Below, in pieces: positions 1 to 11,195 of a stretch of 64,000 bases of DNA; the stretch's first letter is position 1, and every line of letters begins with the position of its first letter. This stretch comes from Felis catus. Its lineage: Eukaryota. A model generated the notes under the pieces. That model ran no database searches. It had not been told where the DNA came from and saw only the letters and a program-made list of their open reading frames with translations. Made by a program: the position numbers and the translations under genes. The DNA lies in contig NC_058368.1 in assembly GCF_018350175.1 (NCBI RefSeq), positions 139,130,001 to 139,194,000 on the forward strand, given 5' to 3'.

Positions 1-241
1 AGCTAAGTAATAAATAAAGCAAAACAAAACTTCAGAGATAGGAAAAACCAAGAAACCAAAATACAGTAGTGTTATAAGGCCTACATTACACGGGACTAGA
101 GAATACTGAAGAAGTCACAGTAATCAATCTAGGTACGGAAAGTCACTAAGTGTCACTGGTGACCTACAAGACTATGTGCTCAGTGTGTTGCTGGACAAAT
201 GAAACTGGTTACATGAAGTACGTACAGTATAATCTTAAGGA

Positions 242-433
242 TATTTTTTTTTTAAGAGAAAGAGCAATCACGAGTGGGGGGAGGGGCAGAGAGTGAGAGA
301 GAGAGAATCCCAAGCAAGCTCCATGCTCAGCACAGAGCCCAACATGGAGCTTGATTCCACCATCCTGGGATTATATGACCTGAGCTGAAATCGAGAGTTG
401 GAAGCTCAACCAAGTGAGCCACCCAGGCGCCCC
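242..433 (-). mobile_element. CanSINE
   Basis: Reverse GGGGCGCCTGGGTGGCTC head, (CT)n and A-tail. Confidence 0.9.
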
Positions 434-584
434 TAATCGTAAGTTTTTAAAAGAGAACAAGACCACAAATACATGTTCTCATAAACGTCTGGATGTGCAT
501 AAATCCCCTTTTTAAACACATACTTTACTGTCCAAATGTCCTACAACACAAGAAGAAAATGTCATTTAAAAACACAGTTTCACT

Positions 585-1440
585 GGGGCGCCTGGGTGGC
601 TCAGTTGGTTAAGCAACTGATTTCAGTTCAGGTCATGATCTTACAGTTGGTGGGTTCAAGCCCCGCACTGGGCTTTGCATTGTGCTCCAAGCCCCGCACA
701 GAGCCTGCTTGGTATTCACTATCTCCTCCTCTCTATCCCTCCCCCAATCAATCTCTCTCAAATAAACTTTTTTTTTTAATAAAAAATAAAAATATAGTTT
801 CATGAAATAGAGGAGGCAGGAGCTAAAGTGGAGTAAGTTAAGAAAATAAAATTGGTGGGGCGCCTGGGTGGCTAAGTAGGTTGAGTGTCCAACTTCGGCT
901 CAGGTCTTGATCTCAAGGCTGATAAGTTGGAGCCCCGCATCGGGCTCTGTGCTGACAAGCTCAGAGCCTGGAGCCTGCTTCAGATTCTGTGTCTCCCTCT
1001 CTCTCTGCCTCTCCCTGCTCACACTATATTTCTCTCAAAAATAAGTATTTTTAAATTAAAATAAAATAAAAATGGTAATGCAGTTTCACTTATTTAGGTG
1101 CTGGCTAGACTTGGCAAACAGGTAAAAGATTTGTAAAGAAACTTAAGCATGTATGAAAGAAGAAATAAGGAATCTCTAGAGAACCAAAGGTTGAAAATAC
1201 TGAAGAAAAAGAAAAGGGGGTGCCTGGGTGTCTCAAGTGGGTTAAGTGTCCGACTTTTGGTTTTGGCTCAGATCATATCTCATGGTTTTGGGGGTTTGGG
1301 TCTCACGTCAGGCTCTGTGCAGACAGCGGGGAGTCTGCTTGGGATTCTGTCTCCCTCTCTCTCTCTTCCTACCCCACTCGCACAGTCTCTGTCTCTCTCA
1401 AAATAAATAAAACTTAAAAAAAAAAAAAAAGAAAGAAAAA
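585..1440 (+). mobile_element. Three CanSINEs (585-790, 857-1065, 1216-1440)
   Basis: Each has a tRNA-like head with A/B boxes, CT tract and A-tail; TSDs visible for the first two. Confidence 0.9.
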
Positions 1441-1582
1441 AACAAGAACAGGAAGAAAGGGAAAAATCAAAAAGATAAGGATAAATACTTGAGGAGCTAT
1501 AGAAATCAGGCCAGATAAAGTTTTCTCATGTTTAAAAAAATGAAGTTATTTTTCCAGGAATATGTAATAAATTATAGTCAAA

Positions 1583-1710
1583 ATATATAAATATATACAC
1601 ATATATATGTGTATATGTATGTATATATGTATAAATATATACACACATATATATACATATATATATATACATACATATACACATATATATACATATATAT
1701 CTATCTATAA
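1583..1710. repeat. Imperfect (TA)n/(TATACA)n microsatellite
   Basis: Read directly. Confidence 0.9.
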
Positions 1711-2158
1711 TTTTTGGTTTTGATGATGAATCTTATCCTTCTAGCCAAAATACAGGTACAACTGAGGGCTGTGGACCTTAAGGCATTGTAACTGGTTCTA
1801 CAAGGTAGACCTTACAGTCCTATGATTTGTGTCACTTCTTAAATATGTTTAATTTCTCAAATTTTGTATTTTAAAAATACTGAGGCATCTTATTACCTAA
1901 ACATCCTCTATTTTATCTTTGTTGTAAGTCAAACTTTTAAAAATTCACTTTGAAATATAAAATGGTATTTGCAACTTTATCCTCTTCCCAACTCTAGTAC
2001 TGGACCTTGTTTAGTATAGGTAGATACTTTTTAGCATTAAATACAATTTCTACTACCACTCTAAAATGTATCATCATATTTTTCTAACGATATATGATTC
2101 AGAAAGTTAAATTTTAGTTTACTTTCATTCACTTTATTTGATAAGCAGGATCTCATAC

Positions 2159-2315
2159 CTTTTCACCATCTTGCTTTTCCAGACGTGCCTGGGTTTCTGG
2201 TGCAGGCCGAGCATCCTTATCACTACTTTCGTCCTCAAATTCAATCACACTTTGTTCGGGTTCTTCTTCCAGGAATTCTTCTGAGCTCTCTGATGTACGT
2301 ACAGTAGACTCCAAT
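2159..2315 (-). CDS. FAM169A: FAM169A exon 11, 157 nt: (K)LESTVRTSESSEEFLEEEPEQSVIEFEDESSDKDARPAPETQARLEKQDGEK; gene continues beyond the left edge
   Basis: Acceptor TTTTCTAG|A, donor AAG|GTATGA; cumulative CDS 1260 nt = 420 codons with no stop. Confidence 0.94.
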
Positions 2316-2575
2316 CTAGAAAAGAAAAAACATTCTTACTTGTTTTATTAAGGATGAATATAAACTTTCAGGAGTCTGTTAATCAAGTAACACTTTGAAG
2401 AATCAACTAAGTGTTGTTCAGTCAACAACTTCCGGTCCAAAGGCAGCCTCCTCTTCTTACAAACTTAGCTTCTTTCCTACCTTGTTCTCCGGTTTGAGTG
2501 GTAACGTCACCATCTCCTCAAGCATGTAAGCTAAATCCTTCTCTTACTCTCTACCCATTTATGAAAAACAAAATT

Positions 2576-5157
2576 TGGCCCAGGAAGAAGTAGTTGTAAG
2601 GGAAATGAGCTCGTGGCTCTCTGGCTTCTGAGGCTTCAGGTCTGTAGGAGAGAGGAGGCAGCTAGTGAGTAGTATCCACTGCAGCCGGTCCTCGGCGACT
2701 CTCCTGTCGACCTCCACACGTCGCACCTGCCGCCGCTGTTGGTTGGAGCATTTGACATGGTGCAGCCAAGAAATGGTTATGGAGAAGCCCAGTCTGCTGC
2801 TCATACGGTGGGAGTTTGTGAGGTAGTATTATACTTTGCAGCATAAAGCTCCAGAATATTTACGCAGGTTTTACGGAAGGAATTCTTCCTATGTTCATGC
2901 TGGAGTACATGCTAGCAGAAACCCCAGGAGGCTGCTTATGGCCAAAATGATATACAACACAAAGTATTATCTCTGAACTTCAGTGAGTATCACACTAAAA
3001 TTCATCACGTGGATGCTCATGCAACCTTGAGATCGAGTAGCCGTCCAGGTCACGGGTTGGCTATCTAACAGAGGACAGCCAGAGAGGAAGTTTATACAGA
3101 CCTTGGATCCGGCTCCTGAAGGATCTGTTCCAAGTAAGTTTATGTTCACAATGATGTGTTTCGTTATACAGATGAACTATTTGGTGATTCTGAATCAGAG
3201 CTCAATGAAGGATCAGGAGATGAGGTAAAAAGAGAAACAAGAAGAAAGGCAACCATCCCCAGAACCTGTGCAAGAAAATGCTGATAGCGGTTACTATGAA
3301 GCTCAGCCCGTGGCTAATGGCAGAGAGGAGCCTTTGGAAGAGTCCTCTCATGAACTTGAGCCAGAATCTCAAACAAAGACTGAAGAACTAAAGCCACAAG
3401 TGCAAGAGAAGAACTTAGAAGAACTAGAGGAGAAGTCTACTTCTCCTCCTCCTTGCTGAACCTGTGTCTCTGCCACAGGAACCACCAAAGCCAAGAGTTG
3501 AAGCTAAACCAAAAGTTCAGTCTCAGCCACGTTGCGTGCATGAACAACGACCCTAGAGGTACAACCCTGGTCTCCCTCCTAGAGGACCAAGACCAGGCAG
3601 AAGAGATGCTGAACAGAGTGAATCTGCCAACTGTAGAATAATTTGCTATCCACACAGTCATCAAATTTTTGTTGATAACCTCCCACATGATATTGATGAA
3701 AATGAACTTAAAGTTCTTCATGAGTTTTGTAAACGCTGTGGAACTGCGCATCAATACCAAGGGTTTTGGGAGAAAGCTTCCAAACTTTGTGGGTTTTGAT
3801 GACTCTGAACCAGTTCAGAGAATCGTAATTGCAAAACCAATTATGTTTTGAGGGGAAGTACGTTTAAATGTGGAAGAGAAAAAAAAAACAAGAGCTGCAA
3901 GAGAGCAAGAGACCAGAGGTGGCGGTTACGATCGCAGGGATATTAGGTGCAACGCTCGAGGTCCTGGTGGTCCACATGGAATAGTGGGTGGTGGGATGAT
4001 GCATGACCAAGTTGGAAGAGGACCTCCTCCAAGAGGTGGCATGGCACAGAAACTAGGCTCTGGAGGAGGAACCGGGCAAATGGAAAGCTGCTTCACAGGA
4101 CAACGTCACGGAAGCTCCCGTTGCCAGTCTTAGCAGTGGTACGTTATGCATCATGTTTGCATTCTTGTTAATTTTTCTTTTTCTTTGGAATGTGACGGCC
4201 TTTTTGATCATTTTTTGATGTGAAAAGCATCCTCTATCAGTTAAATTGAGGTGGACATTATTTCCCCAATTCCATAATAGGATTCACAAAGTTAATTTAT
4301 AAATCTAGACTTGGAGAATTAAGGGCTGAGAAATGACCGTATCTTAAGCTATCTACAACAAAATGAACTTAACAGGACATGCCCAACTGAATTCAGGTCC
4401 TCTGAGTCAAAAAAAAATCCTCTGCTGCACATTTTAAGTGTTACTCTTTCTGCCTATTAATGTTGGAAACACAAACAATGCAATTTGTGCAACTGGAGAA
4501 TCTTGTCTTTTTTCTTGGCTCCCCCCAAAATACAACCGAACAGAAACTTGTTACGCACTCATCAAAAGGCACTGATGCTCACTCTGACTTCATTAACACG
4601 GACATCTGTAACAGGAGGCAACAGGGGAAAAAAATCTTTCCTCTCTCTTTCCAGGAGAGAATAGTCTGTGAAGTGATGAGGGCATTTTATCTGCTTGCTG
4701 TGACCAGCGTGTGTACACATAAACCTTAGCAAGACTACAAGTACATTCCAGAAGGAATATAGTTATGAACCAAATAACAAACAGAAGAACTTTAAATGCT
4801 ATCGTCTTGAACACTAGACCAGATTTAATAGCTCCATATCTAAGATTTTTCCACCTACCCCTTTTCAGTACAGGGATGGCTGGCTGCCCAACACATTACT
4901 TGTCCCCTTTCTCCTCTCTTTAAACTGTGTACAGTGAAAATGGTCTTTACTGTGTTTTTGTTCTCTGGTAATATAATAAGCATGATGGTGCCTTCTATTA
5001 ATACATCAGTTTTGCTGGTAATTCTGTACAGAATAGTGTATGAACTGCTGTGCTGCAAAGCCAAACAGCTGCAAAATGTTGAAAAATCACTGAAGTATAT
5101 AAAAACTGCAGTATCTTCAAAATCAGTAAAATTGACTAGCACGTTAAAAAGAAAAAA
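2576..5157 (+). pseudogene. G3BP2: G3BP2 processed pseudogene (retrocopy) with 5'UTR, disabled CDS 2773-~4112, ~1 kb 3'UTR and A-tail, in FAM169A intron 10
   Basis: ATG 2773 gives MVMEKPS..., then NTF2-like, acidic, RRM ([12 protein letters not shown]) and RGG segments. No introns. TAG at 2824-2826 plus frameshifts. A-tail from 5146. TSD gaaaaacaaaatt (2563-2575) / gaaaagcaaaatt (5158-5170). Confidence 0.95.
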
Positions 5158-5765
5158 GAAAAGCAAAATTCCACAATAATTCTGGGATGTTCAATTTAAA
5201 ATGCACGGCTATGTTCCCTTCTAAAAAAAGTATTACATCAAAATACTGCTAAGAAAACTGTAATTAATCTAACCTCTTACCTTTTCACAAATTACTAGCC
5301 TCAAATATTTAGTTATATGTGCCTTGAACATAAATTTTTCACAAAAATAAACCATTTACATAATTACTCAACTATTCCAATTTAAAATTATTTACATAAT
5401 GAAATCAGCAGAGGTACAGAATTTTCTACTCGAGTAAAATAATTTCACAGATGAAAAGGCAAAATTATGAATGGTTAACTCAGAAACAGCAGGTAGAACT
5501 AGTAAGACAAAAATCTAGTTTTACTAAAAATTTGAAATCTTGCTTCTTTATGATTCCAAGGAAGATAAAGGATAAAGTTTTAACCCGAGGGTTCTGTTGA
5601 TTCAGCTGGCTATGAAGTTCCTAGAGGGGTGGACTGAACTTAACCACTTATGGTTATCGCTAACTTGCGTTACATCCAATAACCCAGTAAAATAAATCAG
5701 TTATAAAATAAAACTTAAGGTTTTTAAAAAACTAAACCTCAGCATTACTAAAAACCACAGCTACT

Positions 5766-6136
5766 GGGGCACCTGGTGGCTCAGCTGGTTAAGCTTCCTA
5801 CTCTAGATCTCATCATCTTGAGTTCAAACCCCATGCTGGGCTCCACACTGGCTATGGAGCCTACTTTAAAAACAAAACAAAACTTGGGGCGCCTGGGTGG
5901 CGCAGTCGGTTAAGCGTCCGACTTCAGCCAGGTCACGATCTCGCGGTCCGTGAGTTCGAGCCCCGCGTCGGGCTCTGGGCTGATGGCTTGGAGCCTGGAG
6001 CCTGTTTCCGATTCTGTGTCTCCCTCTCTCTCTGCCCCTCCCCCATTCATGCTCTGTCTCTCTCTGTCCCAAAAATAAATAAACGTTGAAAAAAAAAAAA
6101 TAAAAAAAAACAAAACAAAACAAAACAAAACAAACA
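5766..6136 (+). mobile_element. Short older SINE (5766-5885) with a young SINEC_Fc-type copy (5886-6136) in its tail
   Basis: One TSD aaaaac(c/t)acagctactgg encloses both. Confidence 0.9.
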
Positions 6137-6449
6137 AAAAACTACAGCTACTGGCAGAGCTGGTGATAACGACTCATTTGGGATAATATAATCACTAGAA
6201 AATTCTCTTGGATTTTCACACGTTATGTGTGGCTTATTTTACTCTCTTACTATCAACTTCTCACTGTAACATGTCAAAGTGACACCACTGGTAACTGTAA
6301 TCAGTAATCCTTAGAAGAATTCAAATACAGACTCTTACACCAAGGTTATGTGTACGCAAACAAGGTCATAATAGACTCCACCTTAAATACTAAATACTAA
6401 TTACATGAAAATAAGAATAACCAGATAATGAGAGTAAAATAAACAGTAC

Positions 6450-6600
6450 TTGTTTATTGAAGCTGTAGGTGAAGTCTGGGGAGTCTTTTCATCTTCCCCT
6501 TGCGAACTACTAAATTCAGAATCCTGAAATCGCTTTCCAATCTTTGGCCGCTTTAGATGACTACTTCGAGTACGAGTGGAAACCGGTGTTTTATCATGAC
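6450..6600 (-). CDS. FAM169A: FAM169A exon 10, 151 nt: (G)HDKTPVSTRTRSSHLKRPKIGKRFQDSEFSSSQGEDEKTPQTSPTASIN(K)
   Basis: ORF track 6401..6619; acceptor TTTCTCAG|GT, donor CAA|GTACTG; includes the basic stretch KRPKIGKR (possible NLS). Confidence 0.94.
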
Positions 6601-7001
6601 CTGAGAAAAAAACCAGCAAAACTACAGTTAATTCATTATGTCTTGAAAGGATTACCTGTTACACTACACAGAAATTTAAGAACTATGCTAGCTTACATAT
6701 ATTCCCCCCCCAATTACACATTTCTTTCTCTCCTACCAGGCTAAGAACCAATGCCAATGTCTTTTTCTAAATTATGAAATAACTTTGCGTTATTCATTCC
6801 TCACATTTCTATATTGCTCTGGGCTGTGCAATATATTTTGCATTTCATTTATATTCTCTCCCAATAATCTTGGGAAATAAATAAGGTAGGTATCACTCTC
6901 CCTATTTTACTGGTAAGGAAATGAGGAAAAGCAAATAGCTTGCTTTGTTCACACAGCAAGACCAGTGGTAGTGGTGGCATTAGAACTCAGCTCTAAGTTT
7001 A

Positions 7002-7283
7002 ACAGATGACCATAGGGGAAGAGAAGGAAAAATAAGATACAAACAGAAAGGGAGGCAAACCGTAAGTGACTCTTAAATACAGAGAACAAACTAAGGGTTA
7101 ATGGGGGGATTGGAGGAGAGGGGGAAATGGGTGAAAGGCATTGAGGAGGGCACTTGTTAGGATGATCACTGGATATTTTATGTAAGTGATGAATCATGGG
7201 AATCTACTCCTAAAGCCAAGACTACACAGTATGTTGGCTAACTGGACAATAAAACAAAAAACAAAAAACAAAAAAAAAACAAA
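7002..7283 (+). mobile_element. 5'-truncated carnivore L1 3' end
   Basis: Same 3'UTR sequence as 14520-14790 and 40870-41090; A-tail. Confidence 0.85.
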
Positions 7284-7386
7284 CCTCACCTCTAGATCTT
7301 AGGTAAGTCTTCATTTACTCTAAGGGACATCCCCTCCCCCTAAATTCTTGTGTCTCACATACTGGTACATCAGCTGAATTTCTTAC

Positions 7387-7426
7387 CTTCAGAAGTACTT
7401 GCAAAGGCATCTTTTAGAGAGTCAAT
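7387..7426 (-). CDS. FAM169A: FAM169A exon 9, 40-nt small exon: IDSLKDAFASTSE(G)
   Basis: Acceptor GTTTTAG|ATT, donor AAG|GTAAGA; needed to keep frame between exons 8 and 10. Confidence 0.93.
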
Positions 7427-7815
7427 CTAAAACAGAGATACAGATTAAAGGCAAAACTTTTAGATCAGTTTTTCTCCCTATGAATCTACTTCACTCCGTG
7501 TCAAAGAAAACCTTTTGAAACATTTTTCAAGTAGTACTTTTTGTACTATTCATCAATTAAGGATACCTACTTAAGAAATTAAAAGGCTACGTCATAGCCT
7601 CAGGTTATGAGGCTGAGCACTTAAGCTCAGCCATCTAGTATGTTCCAATGCAACACACAGGAGTTTCCTAGTGTTCTGTCCTCAACTACCTTCTCTTCTC
7701 TGTCCATGTGCTCTCCCTGTGTAATTCTATCTACCACCTTTACTTCAACATCTATTTGCTGATGAAAGCAAATGCACAATTTAATCTCCCCAACTCTTTC
7801 CTGATTTCCAAAGCT

Positions 7816-8040
7816 TTTTTTTTTTAATTTTTTTTTTTAAGTTTATTTATTTTTGAGACAGAGAGAGACAGAGCATGAACGGGGGAGGGTCAGAGAGAGA
7901 GGGAGACACAGAATCGGAAACAGGCTCCAGGCTCTGAGCCATCAGCCCAGAGCCCGACGCGGGGCTCGAACTCACGGACCACGAGATCGTGACCTGAGCC
8001 GAAGTCGGACGCTCAACCAACTGAGCCACCCAGGCGCCCC
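7816..8040 (-). mobile_element. Young CanSINE
   Basis: CpG-rich body; TSD tccaaagct. Confidence 0.93.
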
Positions 8041-9450
8041 TCCAAAGCTCTCTTTCAATAAAATACGTATGTCCAACCAACTTCAGAACCAACCTGTCCC
8101 AAACTGAACTCTTACCTTTTCCCAACATTATTCTCTACCTTGGTTAATGGCAATAACAATTCAGTCAGCCATTCTAGCCAAAAACCTGAGGGGGTAATGA
8201 CTTCCTAACCTTCATCCAGCGAACCACAAAGCCTGTCAATTCTGACTCTAACGAATCTCTCAAAACAGTCCTCTCCTGTGTATTACCAAAGCTTTAGTTC
8301 ATGCCTTTATCATCTTGAATGAGAACTAGTCCAATAGCCTCATCTCTGGTATCCCTCATTCTAACCACATGCTCTGTAACTCCCTCCAATCTAATGAAAG
8401 AAAAGCTTCCAAATCATAAATTGTGCCCACTCTCTTACTTTAAAAACAAAAACAAACAAAAAAATTTAATGGTTTATCACTGGCTAAAATACAAACTCTC
8501 AACCTCTTCGAAACCGAATGCCTCTTACGTACCAGATAGGCCATTTTCTTTCACACCTCTCCTTTTTACATGCTCGCCTTTGGAAAGCTCTAACCTTTGG
8601 CACAAAACTCCCACCTACCCTTTCCAAGTCAGCTTGGTTGCTACTTTACCTATTCCACTCCTTGGGCAGAATCAGTCATACTCTGCTATGTACCTTCAAT
8701 CATTTGCTATATGCTCTATTAAGGCAATTGTAATCCTGTAGTTTATTTCCTTATTTAACAGTTTCCAATAACGGACCATCTACTTCCTCCCATGCTTGGA
8801 AGAACCATATTTTTGTACATCCGGTGCTTGCCACAGCATCTACTTTATTAGACCAACTACTGTTCATTTTTTATCACACACTTGCTGAAACCCTACAACA
8901 AAGTAGGCACAGAGACTTTAAGGCCTGTTGATAGGACACAAACAAGGGTAAACCGTGACAGATGACTAGACAAAAATCCAGTCTTGAAGAAACCTGCAGT
9001 TCAACTAGACAAGGTGAAGACACAAATAAAGATCAATAAATAAAAGATACAAAAAGTGTAAGAGAAATACATGTAATGTTTTATGTCCCAAAATAGGAAA
9101 AACCAAGTAGAAATACCATCACCACCTAAAGAATAAATCATGTATTGGTCACTTCACAGCGTATATCAAAACATCAACTGTACAACTTGTCAAAATGTGG
9201 ACAATTTTTGTCAATTATACCTCCATAAAGCTAAAAAAATGTAGATCAAATAAACAAACAAGACGACTTTCCCATATGGTTACTGATAAAAAAACGAGAT
9301 TAAAAATAGTTTAATGTGAGAAATATTTTCCTTGAACTAATTAAAATCTTAATGTAATCTGAGTAAGAATTTCTAAAACCAAAGAAAATCCCATTTATGC
9401 TGTCAACCTTATGATATGGTTTAATATATATTCTCATTTACACAACCCAT

Positions 9451-9662
9451 TTATAAGTATTTGGCTTATTATTAAAGTAAATCATTGTATAGGAAGAGAC
9501 TTTTTTCTACATTCACTGACTGGTTTTATGTCTGAAAAACAGACATAAAATGTATACATACAGTTATAAGTATTTGGCTTATTTTTAAGTAAATCATTGT
9601 ATAGGAAGAGATTTTTTCTACATTCACTGACTGGTTTTATGTCTGAAAAACAGTACATAAAT
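9451..9662. repeat. Two-copy direct tandem duplication, period 113 bp
   Basis: ttataagtatttggcttatt... starts at 9451 and 9564. Confidence 0.92.
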
Positions 9663-9799
9663 CTGAGTATATCTGAGAAATCTGGACCACAATATAATCG
9701 AACCCAGGCTTATCATGAAGTTTGAAGTTCCAAATGTAGAAAAAATTAAAACTCCTTATATGTAATTATATTATTTATGTTATCTTTAAAAATGTTTCA

Positions 9800-9993
9800 G
9801 GGCACCTAGGTGGCTTAGTCAGTTAAGCATCCAACTCCTGATCTCGGCTCAGGTCGTGGTCTCATGGTTTGTGAGACTGAGCCTCACGCTGACCACACGA
9901 AATGTGTTTGGGATTCTCTCCCTCTCTCTGTCTCTCCCCACTTGAGCACACGCTCTCCCTCTCTCTATCTCAAAATAAGTATATAAACAACAA
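9800..9993 (+). mobile_element. CanSINE
   Basis: Head, CT tract, tail; TSD aaaaatgtttca. Confidence 0.88.
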
Positions 9994-10138
9994 AAAATGT
10001 TTCAAAAATGATCGGTCAACACTCATGCTAATTAAGGCAGGAATACTGGGCACAAATAATTCCCCAAAGCACTTGTCCCTAAAAGGTTACCTAGTATTTG
10101 CAAAGTGCACTACATTCCACAAAGACGTAGCATATATA

Positions 10139-10282
10139 GCCTCAAACTTCCCACAATAACTTCACAACCTTTAACCTACAACTAATATCACTTCTAAAAA
10201 TTCATCCATGCCTCAAACTTCCCAAAGTAACTTCATAACCTTTGACCTACAACTAGTATCACTTCTAAAAATTTATCCCTGC
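10139..10282. repeat. Two-copy direct tandem duplication, period 71 bp
   Basis: gcctcaaacttccca... starts at 10139 and 10210. Confidence 0.92.
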
Positions 10283-10829
10283 AAGGAAAGCATTACATAG
10301 GCAAAAAGATACATGTATATATGTGTTCACTGCTGGGCCCCTTATGTATGTAAAAAACTTAAGTATATAATACGTTAAAGAAATAAACAATAATATTTCC
10401 ATATACTAGAATAGTATGCTGCTACTGAACAATCATGTTTTAAACAGTAATGCCATGGGAAATACTTGCAATACCATGTTAATGGAGAAAAACAGAAGCA
10501 GCACAACAGAAAACAAAAATGTACATAAATACATGTTTTGTAATATATATGAAATACAAATACAAAAGTGTTCACAGTTGCTGTATCTAGGGTAGTGGAA
10601 TTACAAGTTTTTATTTTACTTTGTATTATTGTGTGTGTATTCCAAATTATTCTTCAAGGAAAATTAAGTCCTTAGTAACCAATTAACAGGAAATACCAAA
10701 AAAACAAGCACGGTAAAAATTACGTAAGTTTGGTGAATGAACTGTAACATTTAAAAAACAATTATTAGCTGCATCTAGTTTAAAGAAACAGAAAAATCAT
10801 TTCCTACAATAAACATACAGTGTACCTAC

Positions 10830-10942
10830 AGTTAGCTGCATCTCACTAGACTGATTGTCTTCAGTTTCTGCTTCACATTCTGGAACAGATGCAAGACCAT
10901 ATTCTCCAGACATGGGTCTTTTGGCTTCATTTTGAGAAACTG
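10830..10942 (-). CDS. FAM169A: FAM169A exon 8, 113 nt: (A)VSQNEAKRPMSGEYGLASVPECEAETEDNQSSEMQLT
   Basis: ORF track 10797..11003; acceptor CTACACAG|CA, donor ACT|GTAGGT restores phase 0. Confidence 0.92.
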
Positions 10943-11141
10943 CTGTGTAGAGAAGAATTTCAAAAATTGTAACTGAATCAGTATTTGGTTTTAACTGTAG
11001 CACTGTTTGTACTGATTTTCACAAAAGCCCTGAAAGGCATCCTGAACAGAGGGTGTTGAAAATCTAGGTGTGGAACATCTCCTTCATCAGTAACTTACAA
11101 TGAAACCTTGAAATCACAAAAAGTATTACTTACCTGTATTT

Positions 11142-11195
11142 AGTGACTATGAGGAAAGTGACTATGAGGAAAGTGACTATTAGGAGGACTATGAG
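11142..11195. repeat. 15-bp minisatellite agtgactatgaggaa, ~3.5 copies
   Basis: Read directly. Confidence 0.85.

Noticed and set aside
3870..4133. 87-aa RGG-rich ORF, and other ORFs at 3268-3851, as a functional G3BP2-derived retrogene
   Set aside because: Fragments of the disabled retrocopy, mostly with non-ATG starts, separated by stops and frameshifts.
5766..5865. Short tRNA-like elements (also 15576, 34037, 48876, 52402, 53385, 61993) as tRNA genes
   Set aside because: Degenerate, with A-tails; these are short tRNA-derived carnivore SINEs.
8319..8741. 140-aa plus-strand ORF
   Set aside because: Lies in an L2-like remnant with no coding-like features or recognisable homology.
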